Source of the DNA: Squalus acanthias
Taxonomy: Eukaryota
Direction of reading: 5' to 3'
DNA length: 64,000 nt
NCBI GenBank assembly: GCA_030390025.1
Contig: CM059432.1
Coordinates: 23,128,001-23,192,000 of the forward strand
Below the pieces are notes generated by a model that saw only the letters and a list, made by a program, of their open reading frames with translations, was not told the origin of the DNA and made no database searches. Both the position numbers and the translations under genes were made by a program. Of this stretch, positions 13,555-27,800 are shown piece by piece (positions within the stretch are counted from its first letter, which is position 1; each line of letters begins with the position of its first letter).

Positions 13555-15783
13555 TGTCAGTTGAACAGAGTGTGTACTGCCCCCACTAGTGCCAGTTCCA
13601 TCTTAGCCCTACAGGTTCTTCAGCAATGTGTGAACATTAGATTCAACTGCTAAAGACCTTAGCTAACTCCCCTATTTCCCTGCTATATTCTACCGTTCTC
13701 AGTTTGTGGCCTGTACCTCGGTGAACAGTGGAGCCACCAGCTGGACCTGCAGAGTTTCAGCTACTTGCCTATTTATAATCCAACCATGGTAAGAGCAATA
13801 TATGAACGTGTGTTCTCATACCCAGCATCCAGGTAAAGGTTTCCTAGCTGTTGACCCAGATCCCAGCAATTCTTCATCAAGTTAAATGATGGGCATCTGC
13901 CTCACACAGGTGGAAAGACCCACAGAGAGCAGTTTCTGACATGCTGAGCACTTTGATATTATGGACATGCAAGTTCGGTGACATGTACCAGGCTTACTCA
14001 TCCAAACTGCCACAGTGTTGGCATATGGAACTTGGTTAATTCTGCTTCTGAAAGGTGTTCATGTTTAGTTCATTCAATATAGGGAAAAGATGTAGTTGGC
14101 ATCATTAGAGAGAGAAAGAGAGAGAGATACAGATTTCACTCAGCAACAGCCGGTGTTCGCAACCAAACGGCCTTGGATATTTTCATAATAGAATGTTTAG
14201 ATTAGAAATGTTATGATAAGAATTTCTAGCGACTAGAAGGGTTATGCTTACCACAGCAAGGCTACAGTGTTTTTATGTGCATCTAACGTTGAGGTATGTT
14301 GAAGAAAATGTAGACTTGTGTCTCTGGACTATGTAGTAGCCAGAGACTACCATATTAGGCAATGCCAATTCCAGTTTGATCAGAAAACAGTGTATAAGTA
14401 TAATCTTTTTCCTTTGTTCAAGCAGCACGAGAAAGGACCCATGCCTAGGTTTGCGTATATATCTGTGACTATACTCTGGTTGTAAATTGCTTTTTATGCT
14501 GAAGTTAAAGAATAAAATTATTATAACCAGAAGACTGAATTTGTTACTACTCAAGTGAACAACTGAAGTCTGATTAAAACAACACACAGCAGTGTGAAAA
14601 GTGGAAATATCTTGCTGGTGCAGCATGGGATACATGCTGAGCAAACATCACTAATGCTAAGCTGACCTTTGAGACACAGATGCTGATACTGGATATAGGA
14701 AGTATTCCAATTCCCAGCACTGATTTCCCTTGCCTTATAACAATATATTTTATTGAAATTGAAGTTAAGATTTATTTAATAAAGACAGCATGCAACTGAT
14801 CCAGACAGACTGGGAGAGTAAATTCCCTAGTCTCTGCCAAATTATCTAATCTCACCTAGGGCACTATAACTGGCACAGCAGTCTGGGTTAGGGAGGCAGA
14901 AATCAGCCTGTGTTCTTGATCCTGATCGTATGAGAGGCTGTTGAGCGAGAATAGGAATAGTTTGCCTCAGATGCCTTCCTTGGTCAACTAGCCCAACACA
15001 TACTATCTAGGCTCACACTTTGGTGACACACTAGAGGGCGTCCAATGCTCATGGAACCCCAACAAAAATCAGTAGCCATGAGACATTTTTACATAAAGGT
15101 TTGTGAGGCTGTGAAATGCACTACCAGAGTTAGTGACTGAAGCAGACAGCATGTCAACAGTTAAGAAAGACTAGATTGGCAGTTGAAGGAAAGGGGAATA
15201 AAAGGATACAGGAACAGAGACGTACGTGATTCTAACTGTATGTGTGGAGGGTATAAACACCAACACAGACTGGTTGGGCCGTACGACCAGTTGCCATGTT
15301 GTAATTTTGATGTAATTCTATGTAAAATCTGCAGGCCTACGATCCCGGTAATTACACATGGATCGCGCCCACTACAAATCTCCGCTGCTGATCTCGATTA
15401 ACGTTCAGGGGTCAGGGGGGAGGTTCCTTATTTTGCGTGGCATTGGCGGGCACCTGTGCCATTACAGACGAATCTTGGGCGCCTCCCATGGTACAGAGAC
15501 CAGGAATCCAACTGTAACTTGCCAGGGTGCTGGTTCCCCCTCCTCCTCCGCCCCCACCCCCGCTCCCAACCTCCTCAGAAAGAAATTTAAAGTGCCCACC
15601 TCCTTTGTAAGGAAGCTGCAGTTAAATATATATATTTTTAAATTGCACTTATTTTCTTCACGTCCTGTTATAGTGCAGGAAATAAACTCCATAGTTCAGT
15701 CACCTCTGTTACTATTTTGGGTAGGTATAGTACTTTTTTTTTAAATTAATTTTAGTTTCTTAACTGCTTATGTTTTCCAACAG

Positions 15784-15837
15784 GGAGACCAGGGTTATCC
15801 AGGAGAACAGGGTTTTAAAGGCATCGCTGGACCACCT
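15784..15837 (+). CDS. Collagen exon, 54 nt (GDQGYPGEQGFKGIAGPP)
   Basis: ttttccaacag|GGAGAC...CCACCT|gtaagt; six Gly-X-Y triplets. Confidence 0.95.
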
Positions 15838-18800
15838 GTAAGTTGATGCAATGAATTTACCACTTGCTTGTTATCGTGGTTGTAAAGTCTAGTTGGTATT
15901 TCGATGTTTGATTCAGTGGGGAGTTTTATCTTTCGCTTTTTTTTCTTGCCAATTTTCTCTTCTCCCCTATCCTCCAGAATCGGTTGAGTCCTTTTCTGGA
16001 ATATATTTCCGTATGTTACTTGCAACATCATGTACCTCACCCAAAGTTCCATATATCAGGACTGGGCTTTGAAAATGAATGTTGGCAGGCTATCCAACCG
16101 TGAACTTGAGCCCTGTACCCACCCCACACACTTTTAGTAGATGGCATTCAGAATCAGGAAACCTGTCCACATGTTCCCCTCTCTAACACAAGGGGAGCGA
16201 TTTTGCCAGCCCTGGGGAGGCGGGTATGGAGGCGGGACTGACAGGAAAATGGCAGAATTTGGGGGCGGGTGCCCAACCCGCCTCCATGCCATCTTCCCAG
16301 GAGGCGGGTAGCCGTCCCGCGCCAGGTCCCGTCTCCTTGGAGGCGGGAAGGGATTACAGCCTATTAACTGCCTGTTAACAGGAAGTTAACAGGCAGAAAA
16401 TAGGATTATCCCCTTTTTGCCCTCACAAGTGCGGGCTTCCCGAAGGCTCCAAAACCCGTCAGGTCAGCGAGGCGAGTACTGGGTCTGCGGGGGTCAGGGG
16501 GGTGCAAAAGTGTGGTGTGAAGGTAAGTGATGGGTGCAAGAGTGTAGAGGTGAGTATCTGAGGTAAGTGCAAAGTGTTAGGAAAAGTGTACTTACCTTTG
16601 TTTCTTCGTGCAGGCTTCAGTCGGTTTGTATGCGGAGACTCTCGGACCTCCGCGTTGGGATTGACAGGTGGCCGTTGCATTCACAGATGCAACAACCATC
16701 TCAATTCTGTTAAAGAAAGAAGTTGGATGGGGTCTTGTGTTCAAGACCTCATCAAACTGCAGAGAATGTCAGTGTTTGACAGCTTCACAGAAAATTTTTG
16801 ACAGATGAAACGTCATACGTTGACGTGCTCTGCAACCAGCTTTTCCTTGATTGGCCTGCTAAGCCCGCTGGGCTCCATTTCGTCTCCATTTCGTCATGCC
16901 CACCTGTGGAGCACCTTGAAACATTTCATGACATTAAAGGCACTATAAAATCCAAGTTGCTGTTTAAAAATAATAAGTCTTTTTTTCCAATTAGCTTCTG
17001 TGTTTCATGATGTGGAGCCAGTAGTTATTGAGGTTATTAAGGTTTTTGATGAATTTTCATCATCAGCAAAGCAAATATCCGAATCAATCCCTGGTCACAT
17101 TTAGGTGGCTGATGGGATGCAGTCTCTGTGCATCTGTTTTGCAAGATCTACTAATAAAGAAGCTAGAGAGGCTATGAGCCGTAGAGGTTATGGCCAGAAT
17201 TTTCAGAGGCAAGAACGGGAGGGTCGGAGACATGGGGGGGAAGTGAAAGTTGCAAAAGTGTGAACTCCGAACCCCAACCCACCCACATTCACCTTTAACT
17301 CAGGAGGTACTGGGGGGGAGGGGGACTGCCAACCTGCTGCCAAGAGGCGGGTTGGTAATTTGCATATTATAATGAGGCCTGAAGCCTCTACTTTAACCTG
17401 ATTTGCAGGTTTTACTGCAGGTGGCCGAGGAGCCTGGTGGCTGCAACGAGGCGTCCTCAGCCTCGGGGAGCAATCCTTGTGGGCCGGGAGGAGCAGGAGT
17501 GCTTCCTCCCAGCCCCCCAAGCTCCCCCACCATCAGCCCGCATCCCCCGGGGTCGGGGTTCGGACACCCCCCAGATCGGACCCCACCCCCACCCCCCAGG
17601 CCTGGAACACACCCCCACCAGGATTGCGACTCAGCCCCGGGGTCGGGGATCGGACCCGCCCCGGACTTGGACGCCCCCGCAGGCTTGGACCCCACCCCCC
17701 CCCTCTCCCCCCACTACCCTGGGCCCAGCACTTACCTTGTGCTGCGGCCTCCTTCTCCACGTTCCCCGGCCAATTGGAAGCCAGCCTGTCAATCAGGCTG
17801 GCTTCTGGGCGGGGAACCCACCCCTGACATCACATGCACGCTGTGGAGTTAAAACTCCACAACGTGCCGGGAAACTCAATCTTCCGGGTTTCCTGCTGTC
17901 TCCTGAGTCCCCCCACACCATGCGGGTGTGGCCCGGGAAAATCCAGCCCATATCTTTCACTCTCTAATTCTCTGGGCTACCTTAAACTTATTCTCTCTGG
18001 TTATGTATGTAAACAAATTATGTAGATTACTAATCTAACCACTAAACAGTATGTAGCAATCGCATACATTCTTGAAGTAAACATTAGCAATATATTGGAG
18101 ATTCCTCAGGCTAGACTTATAAAACAAGATGTGCCATCAGAAGCACGTCTGTCTCATGTAGCCAATAGGCTGGAGTAAAAGGATCATAAAGTAATTGATA
18201 ACATATCAATATTATAGTCTATTGCAAACCCAGTATTCATTATTGGAAATGGGCACAGTATCTGTTCGTATTACATCCAGTTATTGCTATTTTTCTGTTT
18301 CTAGGGTATCAAAGGTGAAAGGGGTCAGAAAGGATCTCTTGGACAGAAGGTAAGAGAAGTGTTTTAACATATGCAGCACCGTTGATAGCTTTTAGGTTAG
18401 CGCCTAGAATCATAGAATTTTACAACACAGAAGGAGGCTATTTGGGTCGTAGTGTCTGTGCTGGATCTACGCTAAAGCAATCCAAAACGAATCCCACTGC
18501 CCTGCTTTCTCTTCATAGTCCTGTATCTTTTTCTGCTACCAATTAAAAGAATGAAAAGAAGTTAGGGACGAGATAGCAGAGGCACTATTACATATATTAA
18601 AAAATTCATTAGTAAAGGGAATAGTGCCAGAGGACTGGCAGACAGCTAATGTGATTCCTATATTTAAAAAGGGAGACAGAACAAGTCCAGGATACTATAG
18701 AATAACTAGCTTAACGTCAGTGGTAGAAAAGATAAAGGCCGAGAAATTAGGCTCCCTGGCTTCCCGCGGGGACTTCAGCTCCTGGGCCTCCTGCAGCTGC

Positions 18801-21800
18801 CGGCGCGCAGTGCTTGCGTATCCCAGGGGCGTAGTTAGTGCGATGCGTCCCCTGGGATCACGTGGGCCATGGAGAGCCAATGGCAGCAGACCATCTTTCA
18901 TTCATAGATTTGACAGGACCTGTCAAATCTATGAATACAAATCGGCCCCAAAACATCCTTAAAACTACAAATATTTTTTTTTTTAAAAGTCACATTTTTA
19001 AAATAACTATAAATTACATTAATTAACTATTTTAAACAAAAATTTAAATTTTTGAAAAAATTAATTATATTTTTTGACGGGGCTAAAACTAAACTTACCT
19101 TTCTTTAAAGTAATTAAAAAAGATAAATCTGTGAAAAAAATGTTAAAATTTTAATAAAATCAGCACTTACCTTGTTAAAAGAAGGCCTTGCGCATCCTTT
19201 TTAAAGGTGTATCTTCTCCGTGCTTACCTTCACAGAGGAACCTGTAAAAAAACCCGAAGTGCGAGGTGAACGCGCTGGCTCTCCGGCGTGCGCGTTCGAC
19301 CTCTGAACCCCTTTCCTCAGGGGAACGGAAGTGCCGGTTTCCCGCGCATGCGCAGTGCATGCAAGAAACTGGCACTTTCGTTCCGTCCACGGGTGAGTAC
19401 GCAGTGCGTACTCACCCGACAACAGACGAATTTCTGCCCCAATGAAATCCTTACTCAAAGATGTAATAGAAAAACATCTAGAAACTGAAAATATGATGTT
19501 CTTATGAGTTGTGGAGGACCAAAGGGATTCAGGAGGTGGTCACTCCACCGCTTAAGGGTGTGCAGGCAGAGAGGGAATGGGTGGCCGCCAGACAGACAAG
19601 GAGGACCAGGCAGGCAGTGCAGGAGTCCCCTGAGTGCATCTCATTCAGTTCTAAATACTGGTGAGGGCGATAGTTCCTCTGGGGAGTACAGCCAGAGCCA
19701 AGTCCACGGCAACACGGGTGCCTCAGCTGCACAGGGTGGTAGGAGGAAGGTCAGGAAAGCAATAGTGATAGGCGATTCAATAGTTGGGGAACAGACAGGC
19801 TTTATCTCAAGAGGGTTGGAATACAAAAGTGAGGAAGTAATGGTTTAGTTGTACAGAGCCTTGGTTAGACCCCATCTGGAACATGGCATTTAGTTTTGGG
19901 CACCGAACCGTGGGAAAGAAGGATAGATATATTTGCCTTGGAGGGATATAGCACAGATTCACTAGAATGATACCAGGGCTTAAAGTGTTAATTTATGAGG
20001 ACAGGTTGCATAAACCTGGCTTGTATTCCAATAATTTAGAACAACAACAACAACTACATTTATATAGCACCTTTAGCGTCGTAAAATGTCCCAAGGCGCT
20101 TCACAGGAACTTTAGGACAGGTGACCAAAGCTTGGTCAACGAGTTAGGTTTTAAGGAGTGTCTTAAAGGAGGAGAGAGAGGTAGAAAGGTTTAGAGAGGG
20201 AATTCCAGAGCTTATTGCCTAGGCAGCTGAATAGTGCAGTGATGAAAATCAGGGATGTGCAAGAGGCCAGAATTGGAGCAGCGCAGGTATCTCGGAGGGT
20301 TGTAGGGCTGGAGAAGGTGACAGAGAAAGGATGGGGTGAGGCCATGGAGGGATTTGAAAACAAGGATGAGAATTCTAAAATTGAGGCGTTGACGGACCAA
20401 GAGCCAATGTAGGTCAGCAAGCACAGGGGCGATGGGTGATTGGGATTTGGTGCGAGTTAGCATAGTGGCAGCAGAGTTTTGGATGAGCTCAACTTTACGG
20501 AGGGTGCAAGGTGGGAGGCTGGCCAGGAGAGCATTGGAATAGTCGAGTCTAGAGGTAACAAAGGCATGGATGAAGGTTTCAGCAGCAGATGAGCTGAGAG
20601 GGATGATCTTAGAGGTGGAAGTAGGTGGTCCTGGTGATGGAGAGGATATTGGGTCGGAAGCTCAGTTCAGGGTTAATAGGCCGCCAGTGTTGCGAATGGT
20701 CTGGTTCAGCCTCAGACAGTGACCAAGGAGAGGGATGGAGTCGGTGGCTAGGGAACTGAGTTTGTGGCTTCGGCCTTCCCAATATTTATTTTGAGGAAAC
20801 TTCTGCTCATCTAATCCTGGATTTATTGAACATTGAGGGGTGATCTAATTGAGGCATTCAAATGATAAAGGAATTCAATAGGGAAGATACAGTGGCCTAT
20901 TAATTGTAAGGAAGGAGTCTTTACCAATATGATGCAGGGCGCACTTCCGGCACAGAATGAGCGTGGCACGCCGACTGTCATAGTGGACCCTTAGGCTCTC
21001 GTTTGATGACTGTAAAGTATATTACACTCAATTCCTGATCAAAGCTTAGAACTTTCTGACAACATTGGGATAGATTTTCCTGTTTTTCCTACATTACTTG
21101 AAAGGAAGGATATTAACTCAGTTAATACAGAATCTATATGGGTGGAGCTAAGAAATAGCGAGGGGCGAAAAACATTAATAGGAGTGGTATATAGGCCTCC
21201 AAATAGTAAAATAGAGGTTGGGGAGGGCATCACGAGGGAAATTAGAGAAGCGTGCAATAAGAGCACAGCTGTCATCATAGGTGACTTTAACTTACATATA
21301 GATTGGACTAGCCTAATCAGTAAAAATAATGAGGAGGAGGAATTCCTTGAGTGTTTAAGGGATGGTTATCTGGATCAATATGTCGAGGAACCAACTCGGG
21401 AACAGGCTATATTGGACTGGGTACTGTGCAATGAGAAGGGACTAATTAGTAATCTTGTTGTACGGGGACCCTTGGGTCAGAGCGATCATAACATGATCGA
21501 TTTCTCACTCGAAATGGAGAGCGAAGAAATTGACTCAGAGACTAAGGTCCTGAATTTAAACAAGGGGAATTATGATGCCATTAGACGGGAACTGAGTAGG
21601 TCTGATTGGACAACGTTCCTGGAAGGACTGGAGGTAGATAAACAATGGCAAGCATTTAAAGATAGAATGACAAAATTGCAAAAATTGTTTATACCAATCT
21701 GGCATAAAAGGAAATCTAAAAAGGTGACTCAACCGTGGATAACAGGGGAAATTAGAGACAGCATAAAATCCAAAGATAGGGCTTATAAAATAGCCAAAAA

Positions 21801-24800
21801 AAGCGCCAGAGCGGAAGATTGGGAACAGTTTAAGATAGAGCAAAGGAGGACAAAGGGCTTAATCAAGAGGGGCAAAATAGCTTACGAAAGCAAGCTGGCG
21901 GAAAATATAAAAACTAACTCCAAAAGCTTTTATAAGTATATCAAGAGGAAAAGACTGGTGAAAACCAAAGTTGGTCCATTGCAGTCAGATACGGGGGAAT
22001 ATATAACGGGAAATAAGGAAATGGCAGACCAACTAAATGCATACTTTGGGTCAGTCTTTACGAAGGAAGACACAAAAAACCTCCCTGGGATATCGGAAAA
22101 ATAGGGACATTGGCAAAGGAGGAACTGACGCAAATCAATATCTCTAAGGATATGGTGTTAAGGAAGCTAAAGGGATTGAAGGCGGACAAATCCCCAGGGC
22201 CTGATAACATGCATCCTAGGGTACTGAAGGAGGTGGCCCTAGAGATAGCGGATGCACTAAGTATGATTTTTCAGAATTCATTAGACTCGGGAACAGTGCC
22301 CATGGATTGGAGGGTAGCTAACGTTACCCCACTATTCAAAAAGGGGGGTAGTGAAAAAGCAGGTAATTACAGACCTGTAAGCCTTACATCAGTTGTGGGC
22401 AAAATGCTGGAGTCCATCATTAAGGATGAAATAGCGGAGCACTTAGCAAATGGGGACAGGATAGGACAGAGTCAACATGGATTTACAAAGGGTAAATCGT
22501 GCTTGACTAATCTATTGGAATTTTTTGAGGGAGTAACTGGTAAAATAGATGGGGGAGAGCCAGTAGATGTGGTGTACCTGGACTTCCAAAAGGCCTTCGA
22601 CAAGGTCCCACATAAAAGATTAGCATGGAAAATTGAAGCTCATGGGATAAAGGGGAAAGTATTGACGTGGATAGAGAACTGGCTGTCAGATAGAAAACAG
22701 AGAGTTGGAATAAACGGCTCATTTTCTGAATGGCAGGCAGTAACAAGTGGGGTACCACAGGGATCTGTCCTGGGTCCCCAGCTGTTCACAATTTACATTA
22801 ATGACCTGGATCAGGGAGTCGGATGCAGCATTTCCAAATTTGCAGACGACACTAAACTAGGAGGGGGGTTGGGCTCAGAGGAGGAGACCAGGAAGCTCCA
22901 GAGCGATTTGGACAGACTGGGTGATTGGGCGGATAAATGGCAGATGCACTATAATGTGGACAAGTGCGAAGTTATCCACCTTGGGTGCAGGAACGGGAGG
23001 GCAAATTATTATTTAAATGGCAATAAATTGGGAGAGGGGGAAGTACAGAGAGACCTGGGTGTTCTTGTACACCAGTCACTGAAGGCGAGCATGCAGGTGC
23101 AACAGGCGGTCAAGAAGGCAAACGGTATGCTGGCCTTCATAGCAAAAGGGTTGGAATACAGGAACAGGGATACCTTGCTGCAGCTGTACAGGGCACTGGT
23201 GAGACCACACCTCGAGTACTGTGTACAGTTTTGGTCGCCTCATCTGAGGAAAGATGTTCTTGCCATGGAGGGGGTGCAGCGGCGATTCACCAGGCTGATA
23301 CCAGGAATGGCGGGATTGACCTATGAGGAGAGACTATGTAGTTTAGGGATGTACACACTGGAGTTTAGAAGATTGAGAGGGGACCTCATAGAAGTGTATA
23401 AAATTCTGACAGGTCTAGACAGACTAGATGCAGAAGGAATGTTTCCCTTGGCGGGTGAGAACAGAACTAGAGGACATAATTTAAGGATAAGGGCTAAACC
23501 ATTTAGGACAGAAATGAGGGGGAATTTCTTCACTCAGAGAGTGGTGAACCTGTGGAACTCATTGCCACAGAGGGCAGTGTACGCCAGCTCATTAAATACA
23601 GTGACTACACTTCAAAAGTACTTCATTGGCTGTAAAGCGCTTTGGGATGTCTAGAGGCTGTGAAAGGCGCTATATAAATGCAAATCTTTCTTTCTTTCTA
23701 TTGTATTGCATTGTGTGCAGGCTATAATTAGAAAACTGGGTGAGGCATGTCTATAAGGGAGCCTGACCAAATTTCAATCCATCTAATTTTGCTCTATCTA
23801 AATGAATAGCTGGAAAACGGGTAGGCTTCCTCCTCAGCTGATTGGCCTCAATGGGATACACCCAGGTGATCTCGTGCACCCAATTACAATAACAAGGGAA
23901 TCTCTTTTACCCGCTCAGGACAAACATCATCCTGGTGTCATTCTCATCAGCTATTCCTCCTATTCTCACCTTTTGTTTATTTGTCCTTGGGATGTGGCTA
24001 ACACTGGTACCCCAATATTTATGGCCCCTCTGTAATTGTCTGAGGGCATTAAGAGTCAACCACACATTGTGGGACTGGATTCACATGTAGGCCAGAACAG
24101 GTAGGGGTGGCAAATCCCCATCCTGAAGGGCATTATTGAAACAATTGGGTTTTTACAACAATCCGACAGCTTTCATGGTCATTTTCTGGTGCAGGCCCAC
24201 AAATTACCAGACCTGCCAAAGTGGGATTGGAGCTCACGAACTCTGGGTTCCTAGTCTAGTATCATAACCAGTAGGCCACTTTTCCCCATGTCACTATATC
24301 ACAACCAGATCACTTTGAGCCTGGATTTGTGATTAAGCATATTTTAATAAGGGCCAATAATGCTCTATTACAGCAAGATGCTCTGGCAGAGAACTCATGC
24401 AGCTGTGGCTGGTAATTTGAGTGACAGCTATAAATGGGACTGGAATGCATGACGATTCACAGGATACACTAACTCCAACTGTTATGCTATACGGTTGATC
24501 TAGGGCCGTCATTACACTGGTAAGCCTCAGTATGAAAAGAGTATATAGTATTTAAAATATTTGCATTCATAATGCATTTCTTTGGAGTCCACTGTGCTTC
24601 CCTAATTAATACTGAAAATAGTAAGAATATCTGGAACAAAAAGAAAGACTTGAATTTATATAATACCTTTCACTGCTTCAGGAAGTACTTTTGAAGTATA
24701 GGGCTGGATTTTACCAACCTCGGCGGGTCCGGGCGGGCGACGTCGGTGGCGGGTTCCGGCCTCGCTGCTGGCTCCAGCCCACTGTCCAAAATGATTTTCC

Positions 24801-27800
24801 CCTGTTAGGACTTGTTAAGCCCACCCAGCGCGTTTGCTGGCCAATAGAAGGAAGCGGGTCTGATGATGTCATTCGATGACGCGTCATCAGCTGGTTTCCT
24901 TAAAGGGACCATGCGCAAATTTAGTTTGACAGTTGTGCTGTCAGTGTTCTACAGCATTGAGGTGCTGCAAACACTGACAAGCACTGCACAAAGGTGCAGG
25001 GCTGCACCCAGGCTCTCCCATGACTCCTTCCATATGCTTATGGAGGGAGTCACAGCATGTAGGGAGGTTCTCTTCCCTTCCAATGGGTGGAATGGACCTC
25101 CCCAGGACACCAACGCAGCCTGGTTGCACATTGCACAGGAGGACTAGGCTGCAGTGACACAAACCTTTCAATGATCTCAGTAGATCACAAAATGTCAGTA
25201 CAAAGCCACACTCAACCTCATCCTGCTGTGCCACTCATCACATCCCCATCACTCTACCTTCCCTACCCTACTCCTGCACATCCTTACTCCAGCAACTTAC
25301 CTTGCACCTCCACCCACCCCTCTCTATCTACATTATCACTTCTCCATCTCACTAGCTACCACTCACACTCACCCTCATGCTAGTCCTATCATATCAACTA
25401 ACAACACACAAGGGTACTAGGCACTTGAGTGTTTTAGCCAATGTTCATGTGAAGTTTCTTTGTCAAACATTGAAACCTTTATTTTTAACACTTTGCCTTC
25501 TTGGACAGATTTGTGTGCACCTTTGGAAGTGTCTTAGTGAGTTGCAGTGAATGGTGAGACATAATGGTACTCCCCGCAATGCTGATGAGTATGAAAGGAA
25601 TGGCTTGGGCATTGTAGGCATGGTTTATGGTGTTGGTGTGGGGTGGTGCCAACCTGGCGCATCATGTGGCAGCCAAGGTGTACAACATCAAGTGAAGTAA
25701 ATCTGGCCCTGGTGAGGCCATCCTTGATGTCCCGGGCAGCAATATCCCGGGTGCTGATTTCTTGTGTCCTGTGCAGCATCAGTTGATTGCGGAGAAGGTT
25801 GATGTTGTTGTTGGTGCTGCTGGTATGCCAGACGCTGCTGGTGTTGGGGCAGATTGTGGTGGGATTCTGAGGACCAAGGCGAGATAGTTTCAAGGGAATG
25901 CCGATCTAATAGATGGCAGGTGAACTTCAGATGACAGAAGCAATCTGTCAATGGTGAGAGATGTTGTTCCAATGGGGTGACACTGGATACGGAGTTTACT
26001 CCAAACACTTTCAACCTGCATAAAGCTCAGTCTGTCTTCCAAATGCAGTAAGCAACAGCTTCTGAGCTTGGAAAGTGAACAGCTGTGAGATGGGAGCTTT
26101 TATAGCACGTTTGCAGCTATCAAGTAATGAGGCCATTCAACTCCCGACCTGCTTACCTGACGTGATTCCCGAGCAGTGTAGACCCCATGGGTGACCTGGT
26201 AAACTCTGAAGGTGAGCTCAAAATACTTCTTAATGGTCTGTTAACAAGGTCATAATGACCTGAATTGCCTCCCCCGCCAACTGTATGTTGGGTCTGCTCA
26301 GTGCCAACATTTGGGAAAGGCGTGGGGCGGCGGGTTGACAGAGGGGTCCCGACCCGCTGTCACAAAAATGTTGTTTCCCACCCGACCCACCACTGATCAT
26401 GCCCATTGACCCCCGAAAAATTCCTCCCATAGTTACTGTTGTAGTAAGATAGGAAATACAGTAGCAAATTTGACTACAGCAAGGTCCCACGAACAGCAAT
26501 GAAATAAATGACCAGATCATCTGTTTTAGGTGTTGATTGAGGAATAAATATTGGCCAGGACACCAGGGTAACTCCCATGCTGTTCTTCAATTAGTGCCAT
26601 GTGATCTTTAGCATCCACCTGAGAGTGCAGACAGGAACTTGGTTTACTGTCTCATCGAAACACGGCTCCTCCAGGAGTGCAGCACTCCCTCAGTACTGCA
26701 CTGAATTGCCAGCCTAGATTATGTGTACATGTCTCCGGAGTGGGATTTAACCCACAACCTTCTGTTTCAGTGGCGAGAGTGCTACCACTGAACCAAGGCT
26801 GACACCGATACAAAAACCTATCTGTCAGGCTAATGTTAGTTGAGACAAATATTTTCTTAGCTCTCAACTATGCATTTAATTCCCATGGATACATGGGGAA
26901 ATCAAGGGATTCAGAGAACATCTCTTCCAGGAGATACAAGGAATCCCCCACAACAGGAGGCAATCTGATGTAGATAATCCTCCATGAGAGTCCTCAAAAA
27001 TCCACGAGAATGGTTACATTAGTGAAGGGAAGGCTGAGGAGGGACCTTATTGAGCTATTCAATATCTTTACGGGTATTGACAAGTTGAATGACAAGGATA
27101 TCGAATAGCCTCAAGAACAATAATGAGGAGTCATGGGATGAAGCTCAGAAGAGGAAAGATGAATGGACATATCTGATATAACTACCCCACACAGAGGGTG
27201 GTGAATGTTTGGAATAGACTGACCAGGGAGGTGATCAACGCGGATAAGAGACAGTTAGACAGGCATCTGGCAAGGAAACAAATTGAGGCAAAAAAGGGTT
27301 GAGCTGTGTATTCTGTTTTTCATCTCCGGGGCTGTCCATCTTTTCTGTTCCTGTACATTGCTGTGCTTGTAATGGCTATCTGAGGAGTCTCGGCAGATCT
27401 GGATACAGTTCAATGCATGAATAGGTCTGGAGATCAAAACCAGCAATGTAGGGACTAGAATCCACATTGCGTTATAAAATCTGAATGGGATTTGTTTCCC
27501 AGGGATATAGGTTACTGTGTATATATCATAATTAATGCTATCTTCCTTTTCTTAGGGGGAATATGGCCTTGATGGATTTCCTGGAAAAGCAGGCTTACCT
27601 GGAGAAGTGGTAAGTGAAAACCTCCCAGCTTTCATAGTTAAAGGATTCAACTTCTGCTTATCTGTTTATATATGACACAAAAAATGTAGTGAATGCAGTG
27701 CCAGGCTTTACAGTGGAAAATTGTGATCAGGAAATTAAAGAATGAAAGAAAGAGTTTACATTTATATTGCACTTTTCATGTCGTACTAGCATCCCAAAGT

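Noticed and set aside
1..15783. Additional upstream collagen exons
   Set aside because: None found by eye; a short or non-collagenous exon could have been missed.
17393..17967. Overlapping Pro/Gly-rich ORFs that look collagen-like
   Set aside because: No Gly-X-Y periodicity; they arise from the C-rich interior of a MITE.
21142..23654. Autonomous active retrotransposon or domesticated RT gene
   Set aside because: No ORF1, truncated endonuclease, no true start codon, frameshift, no 3' end.
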